Shown in pieces: positions 45,387 through 54,668 of a stretch of 64,000 nt of DNA (its first letter is position 1; each line of letters begins with the position of its first letter). Both the position numbers and the translations under genes were made by a program. Source of the stretch: an archaeon (lineage in GTDB: Archaea > Nanobdellota > Nanobdellia > Woesearchaeales > GW2011-AR4); contig NZEC01000011.1 in NCBI GenBank assembly GCA_002688925.1, forward strand, positions 61,695 through 125,694, given 5' to 3'. Below the pieces are notes generated by a model. The model was not told the origin of the DNA and searched no databases. It worked only from the letters and a program-made list of their open reading frames with translations.

Positions 45387-46253
45387 ATGATAATCATAGG
45401 CTGCTCGCATGGTAAATTAGCCAAAAATATAGCTAAAAGGCTGAAAAAGCCTTATTCTGAGCTAAATGTCAGGAAATTTCCCGATAGCGAGCTTTACCTA
45501 AGATATATGAAGGATGTCAAAGGTAAAATAGTAGTTTTAGTGCAGTCATTCTATGGGCAGATTAGCGATTGTATTATAGAAGTATTATTCGCTGCAAAAA
45601 CAGCCCGTGATTTAGGCGCAAAAAAAGTATTCCTTATAGCACCCTATTTTCCCTATTTAAGGCAGGATTCCAGGTTCAATCCTGGAGAATGCCTGAGCAT
45701 AAAAGTGCTCTCAGAAATGATAAGTGATTGCTTTGACAAAGTTTTCATTATTGATCCCCATCTGCATCGGGAAACAGACCTGCACCATCTGTTTTCAATA
45801 AGCTCTAAAAAATTGACCTCAAACCATTACACAGCACAGTATATCAAAAAAAACATCAAAAACCCATTAATAGTCGGCCCTGATTGGGAAAGCTATAAAT
45901 GGGCAAGAAAGGTTGCAGAAGAAATAGGATGTGACCATGTAATTTTAGAAAAAAAAAGAATTTCAGGAAGAAAAGTAAAAATAACACTAAACAAAAAAAT
46001 CAATATCAGCGGAAAAAACATCATATTTGTTGATGACATTATAAGCACAGGCCACACAATCTTAGAGGCCGCAAAAAACCTGAGAAAACTAGGCGCAAAG
46101 AAATTCATCTGCATAGGAGTCCATGGAATCTTTGTGGAAAACGCATTAGAAAAGCTAAAAAAAGCAAACATAAATGTCATAACAACAAATACTATTCCAA
46201 ATAAAAAAGCTAAGATAGATATTTCTGAGTTGATTGGAAAAGAGTTAGAATGA
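45387..46253 (+). CDS. prs: ribose-phosphate pyrophosphokinase
   Basis: FPDSELYLR and the PRPP-binding loop IIFVDDIISTGHTILEAA. Confidence 0.9.
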   Translation: MIIIGCSHGKLAKNIAKRLKKPYSELNVRKFPDSELYLRYMKDVKGKIVVLVQSFYGQISDCIIEVLFAAKTARDLGAKKVFLIAPYFPYLRQDSRFNPGECLSIKVLSEMISDCFDKVFIIDPHLHRETDLHHLFSISSKKLTSNHYTAQYIKKNIKNPLIVGPDWESYKWARKVAEEIGCDHVILEKKRISGRKVKITLNKKINISGKNIIFVDDIISTGHTILEAAKNLRKLGAKKFICIGVHGIFVENALEKLKKANINVITTNTIPNKKAKIDISELIGKELE

Positions 46254-46267
46254 TACTTTAGAAATTA

Positions 46268-46621
46268 CTATCTCATTGATGATATCATATAAATTTCTTT
46301 TTCCTTATCATCCTTGCCAAGATATACCGGATGAAAAAGTTCACTTAGGAAGGATCCAGGACAGATAATGCATTTAAATTCATTATATTTTTTCCCCGAA
46401 ATATCACCATTTCTATCAGTAGGAGTAACATATTTATGGTAATTTCCCCGACAAATTTGAGAGATATCCACATCAGAAGTTGGATCCATAGCTTTGATAG
46501 CTTCTCCTAAATTATTTCTTAATATATTTTTAGCGGCAGTCATTGCAGCTTGATCTATTTTAACCCGATACAGTGTATTTACATTTGTCCTTCCAATTAC
46601 AGGATGTTCAATCTCTTTCAT
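46268..46621 (-). CDS. hypothetical protein (Cys/His-containing)
   Basis: 117-aa ORF with SD-like GTGAGGA upstream. Contains ICRGNYH and CIICPGS; lies downstream of proS on the same strand. Confidence 0.45.
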   Translation of the reverse strand: MKEIEHPVIGRTNVNTLYRVKIDQAAMTAAKNILRNNLGEAIKAMDPTSDVDISQICRGNYHKYVTPTDRNGDISGKKYNEFKCIICPGSFLSELFHPVYLGKDDKEKEIYMISSMR

Positions 46622-46752
46622 AGTTTTTTCCTCACATAAAATTCAATTGATTTATTTATTCTCATTTTCATTAGTAAGATGTAATACTTTATAGACCTAA
46701 CCCATATAGTATACAGATATTAAATAGAAATTAAACATTATATATAAACCAA

Positions 46753-48189
46753 CTAATAAGCCCTGGCAAAATAAACCAGAAAATTCCCTTCTTTTCCGCA
46801 ATGGACGCATTTGCCTTTTTCTTCCTTTATTATTACCCTTGAAGTTGCTCCACCTGTCTTGTCTTTAATTTCCTCCTCACACTTCACTTTATTGCAGAAA
46901 TTTGCCAAAACTAATTTTTTATCATTAATGCCTTTTTTGAATTCATTAAAGTTCTTAACCTTTATTGTATTGTCATTAAAAAACTTCTTTGATTTCCTGT
47001 AAAGATTTTCATGTATGTCTTCCAGCACCTTATCTGTTTTTTTATTGAGTTCGCTTATCTTAACAGGCTCTTTTTTTCCGTTATCCCGCCTGACTAAAAT
47101 AACCTGACTTTTCTCAATATCTCTAGGCCCTATTTCTAATCTTACAGGAACACCTTTAAGCTCCCACTCATTGAATTTCCATCCCGAGCTGTATCCTTCT
47201 CTATCATCAACCTCAACCCTTAAGCCTTTCAATTTACTTTTGATTTCATCTGCTTTTTTCAGCACTTTATCCTTAGTCTTATCAAAAATTATCGGAACCA
47301 CAACCACTTGCACCGGAGCCATTTTAGGAGGCATTACAAGGCCGTTGTCATCTCCATGCACCCCAATCATAACCCCGAGCATCCTTGTCGTGATAGCGAA
47401 CGTATTCTGCCACACATAATCCTCTTTTTCATCTTTATCCAAAAATTTTATGTTAAAAGCTTTAGCAAAGTTCTGCCCGTCTGAATGAAAATCAGGCCCT
47501 TGTATTGCCTTTCCGCTTGGCAAAAAAAGCTCTATTGAGTAAGTTGCTTCTGCTCCTGGAAACTTTTCCTTTTCTGTTTTTTTACCTATGACTCCGTATA
47601 ATGCCATATAATCATTAAGAAAATCAGAATAAATGTTCAGAATCTGCTCTTTTTCTTTCTCAGCTTCTTCTTTTGAAGCAAAAACTGTATGCCCTTCATT
47701 CCATAAAAATTCCCTTGTTCTTAATAAGGCAATGGGATGCTTAAACTCCCATCTTACTATATTGTTCCATTGGTTCAGCCTTAAAGGTAGATCTCTCCAG
47801 CTCCTTATCCACTTTGCAAAGCTTTCATACATTATTGTTTCTGATGTTGGTCTTACTGCAAGCCTTTCATTTAATTTTGTATTTCCAGCATGAGTAACCC
47901 ACGCAACCTCTGGATTAAAACCTTTTACATGGCTTTCTTCTTTTTTTAATAAGCTTTCAGGAATAAATAATGGAAAATAGCAATTTTTAATTCCAATTTC
48001 CTTAAACTTTTTATCAACCTCGCTCTGCACAATCTCCCACATAAAAAAAGAATAGGGTTTAAAGACCATGCACCCTGAAACAGAAGTGTAATCCGCAAGC
48101 TCAGCTTTCTGGATTACCTGTGTGTACCATTCAGAAAAATCCTCTGATTTTTTTACTGAGATTCCAAGCTTTTCTTCTTTTTTTGGCAT
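46753..48189 (-). CDS. proS: prolyl-tRNA synthetase, archaeal/eukaryotic type
   Basis: Class II motifs (RPTSET, FLWNEGHT..., GKAIQG), an anticodon-binding domain, and a C-terminal zinc domain ending ...CVHCGKEG..YFARAY. Confidence 0.95.
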   Translation of the reverse strand: MPKKEEKLGISVKKSEDFSEWYTQVIQKAELADYTSVSGCMVFKPYSFFMWEIVQSEVDKKFKEIGIKNCYFPLFIPESLLKKEESHVKGFNPEVAWVTHAGNTKLNERLAVRPTSETIMYESFAKWIRSWRDLPLRLNQWNNIVRWEFKHPIALLRTREFLWNEGHTVFASKEEAEKEKEQILNIYSDFLNDYMALYGVIGKKTEKEKFPGAEATYSIELFLPSGKAIQGPDFHSDGQNFAKAFNIKFLDKDEKEDYVWQNTFAITTRMLGVMIGVHGDDNGLVMPPKMAPVQVVVVPIIFDKTKDKVLKKADEIKSKLKGLRVEVDDREGYSSGWKFNEWELKGVPVRLEIGPRDIEKSQVILVRRDNGKKEPVKISELNKKTDKVLEDIHENLYRKSKKFFNDNTIKVKNFNEFKKGINDKKLVLANFCNKVKCEEEIKDKTGGATSRVIIKEEKGKCVHCGKEGNFLVYFARAY

Positions 48190-48205
48190 TAGGTTATCTG
48201 CCTTT

Positions 48206-49030
48206 TCATGTATATTTAAATTTTTTGGGTAAAAATAAGGTGCCTTTTGATTTACTTCTTAATAGTTCATTTATAATCATATGCTCCACACCATTTGCTA
48301 TCACTACTGGAATTCCAGCATTCATAGCAATTTGCGTTGCCTCTAACTTGGATTCCATGCCTCCTGCACCATTTTCTGTTCCAATATTAGGATTAGCGTA
48401 CCCTTTCACTTCATCCACATCTCTTGCTAAAGGTACCTTCTTTCTTTGATTGTCATATACACCATCAACACTTGTTAGCATAATAAGGAGATCTGCATTG
48501 CTATTTACAGCAACTTTAGCAGCCAATGAGTCATTGTCACCAAAAGTAATCTCTTCATTTGATACAGTATCATTCTCATTTATAATTGGTACAACATCAT
48601 TATACAATAATAATTCTAAAGTATTTTTGAAACTATCCAACCTACCACTTTTTTTATCAAAATCTTCATGTGTTAAAAGTAATTGTCCAGCTGTTATTCC
48701 ATAAGACCGCAAGTGCATTTCATATTCATGATACATACTGCTTTGGCCAATAGCAGAATAAGACTGCTTTACAACAGTTTCACTATGCTCGCCATCGTTT
48801 TTCAAATCAATTATGCCTCTTCCAGTAGCAATTGCTCCTGAAGAAACTATGATAACTTTTTTATCATATTTTTTTATTAACTCAGCAACCTGGTCCGAGA
48901 TTTCATAAATTTTTGTACTATCGAGCTTTTTATCTTCTCTTGTCAATATATTAGAACCTATTTTTACTACATATATTTCTGCTTGATTCAATAAATATTG
49001 TTGGATTTTTCCTAAATTCACTTCATTCAT
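48206..49030 (-). CDS. proB: glutamate 5-kinase (no PUA domain)
   Basis: VVKIGSNILT, IVSSGAIATGR, INENDTV and FGDNDSLAA motifs. The ORF-track N-terminal extension overlaps the tRNA and is rejected. The ATG at 49030 has SD AGGAGGT 5 nt upstream. Confidence 0.85.
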   Translation of the reverse strand: MNEVNLGKIQQYLLNQAEIYVVKIGSNILTREDKKLDSTKIYEISDQVAELIKKYDKKVIIVSSGAIATGRGIIDLKNDGEHSETVVKQSYSAIGQSSMYHEYEMHLRSYGITAGQLLLTHEDFDKKSGRLDSFKNTLELLLYNDVVPIINENDTVSNEEITFGDNDSLAAKVAVNSNADLLIMLTSVDGVYDNQRKKVPLARDVDEVKGYANPNIGTENGAGGMESKLEATQIAMNAGIPVVIANGVEHMIINELLRSKSKGTLFLPKKFKYT

Positions 49031-49035
49031 GTTAA

Positions 49036-49042
49036 ACCTCCT
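49036..49042 (-). promoter_or_regulatory. Shine-Dalgarno AGGAGGT of proB inside the 19-nt tRNA-Pro/proB spacer
   Basis: Minus strand reads tRNA...CCCCA TTTATTC AGGAGGT TTAAC ATG. Confidence 0.6.
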
Positions 49043-49049
49043 GAATAAA

Positions 49050-49160
49050 TGGGGCTGCCCGGATTTGAACCGAGGTTGTGTGGCCCCGAACCACAAGTGA
49101 TAAGTGATATTACTCCAAAACAACTATTAAATTGCTCCAACCAAGCTACACTACAGCCTC
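49050..49160 (-). tRNA. tRNA-Pro: tRNA-Pro(CGG) with a roughly 35-nt insertion in the 3' side of the D arm
   Basis: Anticodon arm TGTGG-TTCGGGG-CCACA (CGG at 49088-49086), T arm CTCGG-TTCAAAT-CCGGG, acceptor GAGGCTG/CAGCCCC (A2:C71 mismatch), discriminator A, no CCA. 58 nt lie between the acceptor and the anticodon stem where 19 are expected. Confidence 0.75.
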
Positions 49161-49186
49161 TACCTTGAATGAGAAAAACTAGGTAG

Positions 49187-49194
49187 TTATTAAA
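49187..49194 (-). promoter_or_regulatory. TATA box (TTTAATAA on the minus strand) of tRNA-Pro
   Basis: Ends 26 nt upstream of the tRNA 5' end at 49160. Confidence 0.5.
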
Positions 49195-49297
49195 CCTTTA
49201 GAATAAGTGATTATTAATTAAATTATTAATTGAGTATAACGAAGAAGACATAATTAACCTTAAAAAAATAGCAGAATATTGCGTTGAGAAATTGAAA

Positions 49298-50005
49298 TCA
49301 GCTACTAACAACTAGCTCCTTAACATCTTCTTTTGCAGATATCAAAGCAGCCTCTAAAACAACTTCTGCAACCTGCTCTGGCTTAAGCATTTTTTCCCTT
49401 TGAGGGTCATCTTTGCTCATGCCGGGGTCGTGTATTGGTGTATTTGTTTTGCCCGGATAAACAGCTACAACACTAATTCCTTTTTCTTTTAAGTCCTCAT
49501 GCACTGCATTTGACAATCCTGCCTGTCCATACTTGGATGCAGCATACGCAACTCTTCCGGATTTAGTTTTCTTTACAGTGCTTGTTATTATATTTACAAT
49601 ACTTCCTGATTTTTGCTCAATCATGATTGGAGCAATTTCTTTTATTGTGTTAAAGCTCCCGGTTAAATTGAATTTAATCTGCTCATCAAAATCCTCATAA
49701 GAAACATCTTCAATAGGGCCCCATCTCGCAATCCCGGCATTATTCACAAGAACATCAATTTTTTTATATTTTTCAATAATTCCCAAAACAGCATTTTTTA
49801 CCTGCTCTCTGTCAGTCACATCCATCACAATTGAATCTGCCTTTCCATTATTTTTTTTAATTGAATTTTCAACTTCCTTTAACCTATCCAGATTCCTGGA
49901 TGTCAAAATTACCAAAGCTCCTTCAGAAGCAAATTTCTCTGCAATTGCCTTCCCAATTCCGGAACTTGCCCCTGTTACCAGTGCAATTTTGTTTTTTAGC
50001 TGCAT
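49298..50005 (-). CDS. short-chain dehydrogenase/reductase (3-oxoacyl-ACP reductase-like)
   Basis: TGASSGIGKAIA, NNAG and YAASKYG (catalytic YxxxK). Confidence 0.85.
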   Translation of the reverse strand: MQLKNKIALVTGASSGIGKAIAEKFASEGALVILTSRNLDRLKEVENSIKKNNGKADSIVMDVTDREQVKNAVLGIIEKYKKIDVLVNNAGIARWGPIEDVSYEDFDEQIKFNLTGSFNTIKEIAPIMIEQKSGSIVNIITSTVKKTKSGRVAYAASKYGQAGLSNAVHEDLKEKGISVVAVYPGKTNTPIHDPGMSKDDPQREKMLKPEQVAEVVLEAALISAKEDVKELVVSS

Positions 50006-50006
50006 T

Positions 50007-50891
50007 TTAGATTCTACTTTTTTTATTTAATAGATTACACAATCTATCCGCCCTATATGAGCTCCTTACTAAAGGGCCGGTTTCAACATTCTCAAATCCA
50101 ATTTCATATCCTATTCTTTTAAGCTCTAAAAATTCATCAGGAGTATAATATTTTTCAATTTTCACATGCTTAATTGATGGTCTTAAATATTGCCCTATTG
50201 TTAAATAATCCACATTATTATTTTTTAATTCTTTCATTGTTTTTTTAATCTCTTCCAATGTTTCACCAAAACCAACCATCAAGCCGGATTTTGTCTTTAT
50301 TTTACCATCTATTTTTTTTGAGTTTTCAAGCAATTCCAATGACTTCTTGTAATTCCCTTTTGGCCTGACTTTATTAAACACAGGTTCAACAGCCTCGATA
50401 TTATGCCCCAGAACATCAGGCTTTGCTTCAATCACTGTTTTCAATGCAGAAAAATCAAAGTCAGGTATCAGCACTTCAACCTTGCAAGATGTTATTTTTT
50501 TGATTTCATTGACAGTTTCAGCATAAATTAAAGATCCTCCATCTTCTAAATCATCCCTGGTAACAGAAGTAATAACAGCATACTTTAATTTTAGTTTTTT
50601 AACAGCATCAGCAATCTTCTTTGGCTCATTTTTATCAAAATGAATTGGCTTTCCAGTCTTAACATTGCAATATGCACAATACCTAGTGCAAACATCCCCT
50701 AAAATAAGAAAAGTTGCCGTGCCATTGCTCCAACAATCAGAAAGGTTTGGACATTTAGCTTCTTCGCAAATAGTATTCAATCTATTTGTCTTTACAAGGC
50801 TTTGAATTTTATTGAATTTATCTCCAGAAGGCAACTTTATCTTAAACCAGTCCGGATGCCTTCTTTGAGGTTTTATTTGGCTGTATTGCAT
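50007..50891 (-). CDS. lipA: lipoyl synthase
   Basis: CEEAKCPNLSDCW auxiliary cluster and CTRYCAYCNV radical SAM motif. Confidence 0.95.
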   Translation of the reverse strand: MQYSQIKPQRRHPDWFKIKLPSGDKFNKIQSLVKTNRLNTICEEAKCPNLSDCWSNGTATFLILGDVCTRYCAYCNVKTGKPIHFDKNEPKKIADAVKKLKLKYAVITSVTRDDLEDGGSLIYAETVNEIKKITSCKVEVLIPDFDFSALKTVIEAKPDVLGHNIEAVEPVFNKVRPKGNYKKSLELLENSKKIDGKIKTKSGLMVGFGETLEEIKKTMKELKNNNVDYLTIGQYLRPSIKHVKIEKYYTPDEFLELKRIGYEIGFENVETGPLVRSSYRADRLCNLLNKKSRI

Positions 50892-51460
50892 CTTATAATC
50901 CTTTTCTCAGTAACTATCTTATCAACCGGAACATCATGCTTCTCAATAGGTATTTTATCTGCTATTTGAAAATCATAAGCAAGACCTATCTTTACTGCAT
51001 TTTTATTTATTTTTTCTAAATTATCTAAAAACCTGTCATAATATCCATGCCCATAGCCAATCCTATGCCCGCTTTTGTCAAACACAACACCCGGAACAAT
51101 CACTAGATCAATATCCGCTATATCAAACTTTTTTATATGATGCTCCTTATGCTCTAAAATCCCAAAATTTTTCTTCTCCAACTCATTAAAATCTTCCAAT
51201 TTAGAAATCTGCAGAAGATAATTATCTTTTTCAGTATAAGGCACAACAACAGTCTTTTCCTTTTCCAATAATAATTCTTTAATCATCTCATGAGTATCAG
51301 CTTCATTATCAAAAGAAACATAGAACATGATATTTTTTGCTTCTTTGAATTCCGGCAAAGAGTAAAGCATTTCCTTTATTTCTGTACTTTTTTCTATAAC
51401 ATATTCTTCACTAAGAGATTTTCTTTTTTCAAATATTTTTAATTTAAGGGCCTGTTTCAT
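50873..51460 (-). CDS. 5-formyltetrahydrofolate cyclo-ligase
   Basis: VVPGVVFDKSGHRIGYGHGYYDRFL motif. The 3' end overlaps the lipA start by 19 nt. Confidence 0.85.
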   Translation of the reverse strand: MKQALKLKIFEKRKSLSEEYVIEKSTEIKEMLYSLPEFKEAKNIMFYVSFDNEADTHEMIKELLLEKEKTVVVPYTEKDNYLLQISKLEDFNELEKKNFGILEHKEHHIKKFDIADIDLVIVPGVVFDKSGHRIGYGHGYYDRFLDNLEKINKNAVKIGLAYDFQIADKIPIEKHDVPVDKIVTEKRIIRCNTAK

Positions 51461-52765
51461 TTAGTCTACAATTCTCTTTATATGTTCAACCTTTTTCCCA
51501 ATTAGCTCTTTTGTCCCGATATCTTTCCTGTGGAATACTTTTCCTTTAACCTTAGAAACAGCCTCTTCTGCAATCTTCTCCGCTTCCTCTAAATTATCTC
51601 CTATGCCTAAAAATGCCACTGCTCTTGAGCCTGTCATGTACAATCCATCTTGTTTTTTATCAACAGAAGCATAGTAGATTTTAGCATTAGAACTTTGAAT
51701 CTCAATTTTCTCGTTTTTAACAGGATTGTCAGGATAGCCTTCAGGAACAGCATACTTGCAGACAGTTGCCTTTTTCTTAAACTCAATTTTTAATTTTCCA
51801 AGATCCTGCACAATTATTGCCTGGCATATTCCAGCAAGCTCTGTCTTAAGCAGTGGCAAAACATTCATAGCCTCAGGGTCTCCAAACCTTGCATTATACT
51901 CGATTAATTTAACCCCATCTTTTGTTAAAATAAATCCGCCATACATAATTCCTTTGTAATAAGTTCCTGTCTCAGAATAGATTGCATCAACAACCTTTTT
52001 TGTAATTTTCAATGCCTCATTAACATGCTCTTTTTTCAAAAACGGCAGCAAAAGATTTTCACATGAATAAGATCCCATGCCTCCTGTATTTGGACCTTTG
52101 TCATCTTCATAAGCCCTCTTATGGTCCTGCACAGCTGGAAAACTAAGAACAGTTTTTCCATCAGTCAGGCATTGCAAAGAAAATTCTTCTCCATCCAGCT
52201 TTTCCTCAACAACAACAGACTCATGTTTTTCTAAAACTTCTTTGCAGTAAGCAACAGCTTCTTCTTTTGTGTTAAAATGATCACCTTGTACCTTAACACC
52301 TTTCCCCCCAGTCAAGCCGTCTGGTTTAACAACAATACCCTCAATTATATTAAGAAAATCATCAATCTCATCAATATTCTCTTTGCCAAAAACCATAAAT
52401 TTTGGATTTCCCTCAATCTCATGTTTCTGCAGCAGATTCCTTGTAAAAGATTTTGAAGTTTCCAGTTTGGCAAGCATCTTTACAGGGCCTATTGCATCTA
52501 TACCCTCGCTTTGCAGCACATCAACAACTCCAAAGCTTAAAGAATCTTCCGGCCCGATAAAAGCAAAATCAACATTATTTTTCTTGGCAAAGTCCTTTAC
52601 TTTATCCATATCAGAATAACTGCCTATTTCAATCTTTTCAGACAAAGCAGCAATCCCCGGATTATTTGATTTCATATAAGAAAAAAGCTTTGCATAGCTG
52701 CTTTTTCTAATAGTCTCTGCTATAACATTCTCGCGAGCACCATGACCTAAAAGCAAAATATTCAT
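51461..52765 (-). CDS. purD: phosphoribosylamine-glycine ligase
   Basis: MNILLLGHGARE, ATP-grasp core, GGMGSY and EYNARFGDPE motifs. Confidence 0.95.
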   Translation of the reverse strand: MNILLLGHGARENVIAETIRKSSYAKLFSYMKSNNPGIAALSEKIEIGSYSDMDKVKDFAKKNNVDFAFIGPEDSLSFGVVDVLQSEGIDAIGPVKMLAKLETSKSFTRNLLQKHEIEGNPKFMVFGKENIDEIDDFLNIIEGIVVKPDGLTGGKGVKVQGDHFNTKEEAVAYCKEVLEKHESVVVEEKLDGEEFSLQCLTDGKTVLSFPAVQDHKRAYEDDKGPNTGGMGSYSCENLLLPFLKKEHVNEALKITKKVVDAIYSETGTYYKGIMYGGFILTKDGVKLIEYNARFGDPEAMNVLPLLKTELAGICQAIIVQDLGKLKIEFKKKATVCKYAVPEGYPDNPVKNEKIEIQSSNAKIYYASVDKKQDGLYMTGSRAVAFLGIGDNLEEAEKIAEEAVSKVKGKVFHRKDIGTKELIGKKVEHIKRIVD

Positions 52766-52926
52766 AATATCCCCCTAAATATAGATTATTAATTTTCTTT
52801 ATATTATTTTTGTTTCAATTCCTTTAATCCACCCTTCCCCATAATTATATAATTTATATAAACTCAACTAAAAGCAAATGTTTATAAAGCATTACACCAT
52901 AATATGAATTGGGGGTAGTAGTTAAA

Positions 52927-54477
52927 ATGCTGGATGACGTAAAAGAAGAATGCGGCATTTGCGCCGTTTACATAAAGGGAAGCACTCATACTGCCAATAA
53001 AGCCTTGTTCTACCTATACAAATTATTGCTGAACCTGCAAAACAGGGGCCAGTTAAGCGCCGGCATAACCACTTTTAATCCAGACAGGTCACAAATACTT
53101 GATACATATAAGCAGTTAGGCCATGTAAATGAAGTTTTTAAGACTAACAGCAGGGAAAAAAGCTTCAGGATATTCAAGAGATATGCAGGCAACAAAGGAA
53201 TAGGCCATGTAAGGTATGCAACTTCCGGAACCGAAGGCAGGGATTTAGCTCAGCCATTTGAAAGGCATCATGGCAGAAAATGGAAATGGTTTTCATTTGG
53301 CTTGAATGGAAATCTTGCAAACTATGCAGAGCTGAAAAAAGACCTTCTTGAAAAAGCAGATTACCATATTGTTTATGATACAGACACTGAAATTCTAATG
53401 CACTATATCTCCAGGGAACTAAAAGGAAGCAAAAGCCCGGATCTGCTTAAAGTATTTACAAACCTGGCAAAAAAGTTTGATGGCTGCTACAACATAGCTT
53501 ATATGAATGCATTTGGCGAGATGGTAATATCTCGTGATCCATATGGCTTCAGACCCTTAGTTTACGGCTTTAGCAAAGATAAAAAAATATTCATGGCTGC
53601 ATCTGAATCAGTTGCTCTCATAAACTGCGGAATGACCAATATAACTTCTCTTGAGCCGGGACACATGATCCACATAAGCAACGGCAATGTTAAGATAAGA
53701 AAATATGCAGAATCCAAAAGAAAAGCTCATTGCATGTTCGAATGGGTATATTTTTCAAATGTAAGCTCGGTTTTAGACAACAAATCGGTTTATACTTCAC
53801 GTACAAACTTGGGCAAAGAGCTGGCAAAGCTTGAAACAGAAAAAATCAATGATGATTATATTGTTGTTCCGGTTCCTGATACAGCAAAAGCAGCAGGAGA
53901 CGCTTATGCATTTGAATTAAAACTGCCATCAAAAGAGGGGATTATAAGGAACAGGTATGTCGGAAGGACATTTATTGAAGGAAGCTCACGTTATGATAAG
54001 GTCCAGAACAAGTACACAGCATTGAGAAATGTTTTAAAGGGAAAAAAAGTTCTGGTTGTAGATGATAGTGTAGTTAGGGGAAATACAACAAAGCAGCTTG
54101 TAAAATACCTGAAAGAAGTCGGCGGCGCAAAGGAAATTCATCTAAGAATAACATGCCCTCCGATCCGTGGCCCTTGTTTTTACGGCATTGACATGTCAAC
54201 TGTTTCTGAACTTCTTGTTCCAAAATACGAAAAAAAGCCTGTTTCCTCAAACATTACAAAAGAAACATGCGCTAAGATTGCAAAAGACGTAGGAGCAGAT
54301 TCCCTCATTTATCAAACAGTAGAAGGCCTGGTAAAGTCAATAGGATTTCCAAAAGATAAATTATGTACAGCATGCGTCACAGGAGAATACCCAACACCAT
54401 GCGGAAAAAAGCTTTTCAAAAAAGCATGGAAAAACCACAGGAAAGGCATAAAAGAAAGGACTTATAGCTGCAGATGA
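52927..54477 (+). CDS. purF: amidophosphoribosyltransferase
   Basis: The first ATG gives MLDDVKEECGICAV (Ntn catalytic Cys after a propeptide). PRT motif VLVVDDSVVRGNT and C-terminal Fe-S cysteines. Confidence 0.95.
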   Translation: MLDDVKEECGICAVYIKGSTHTANKALFYLYKLLLNLQNRGQLSAGITTFNPDRSQILDTYKQLGHVNEVFKTNSREKSFRIFKRYAGNKGIGHVRYATSGTEGRDLAQPFERHHGRKWKWFSFGLNGNLANYAELKKDLLEKADYHIVYDTDTEILMHYISRELKGSKSPDLLKVFTNLAKKFDGCYNIAYMNAFGEMVISRDPYGFRPLVYGFSKDKKIFMAASESVALINCGMTNITSLEPGHMIHISNGNVKIRKYAESKRKAHCMFEWVYFSNVSSVLDNKSVYTSRTNLGKELAKLETEKINDDYIVVPVPDTAKAAGDAYAFELKLPSKEGIIRNRYVGRTFIEGSSRYDKVQNKYTALRNVLKGKKVLVVDDSVVRGNTTKQLVKYLKEVGGAKEIHLRITCPPIRGPCFYGIDMSTVSELLVPKYEKKPVSSNITKETCAKIAKDVGADSLIYQTVEGLVKSIGFPKDKLCTACVTGEYPTPCGKKLFKKAWKNHRKGIKERTYSCR

Positions 54478-54565
54478 ATTAAATTATTGTTTTTATTCTT
54501 ATTATTTTTAATTATAATTATTCTAAGTATTTATTTTTATAATTTTTTAATTGTTGTTTATTTTT

Positions 54566-54611
54566 ATTATTGGAGTTTTCATTGGCTTTTTTATCATTGA
54601 AACTTTTTATT
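54566..54611 (+). repeat. tandem degenerate plus exact copies of the same motif
   Basis: ATTATTGGAGTTTTCATTGGCTTTT (54566-54590) followed by ATTGAAACTTTTTATT (54596-54611). Confidence 0.55.
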
Positions 54612-54668
54612 TACCCTATTACCAAAAAGATTATAAGCACAAACAACATAAACACTAATGGTATTAAA

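Noticed and set aside
49031-49123. N-terminal extension of the proB ORF (track start 49123)
   Set aside because: The extension is read through the tRNA-Pro gene. Conserved glutamate-5-kinase sequence begins after the ATG at 49030, which has a perfect SD.
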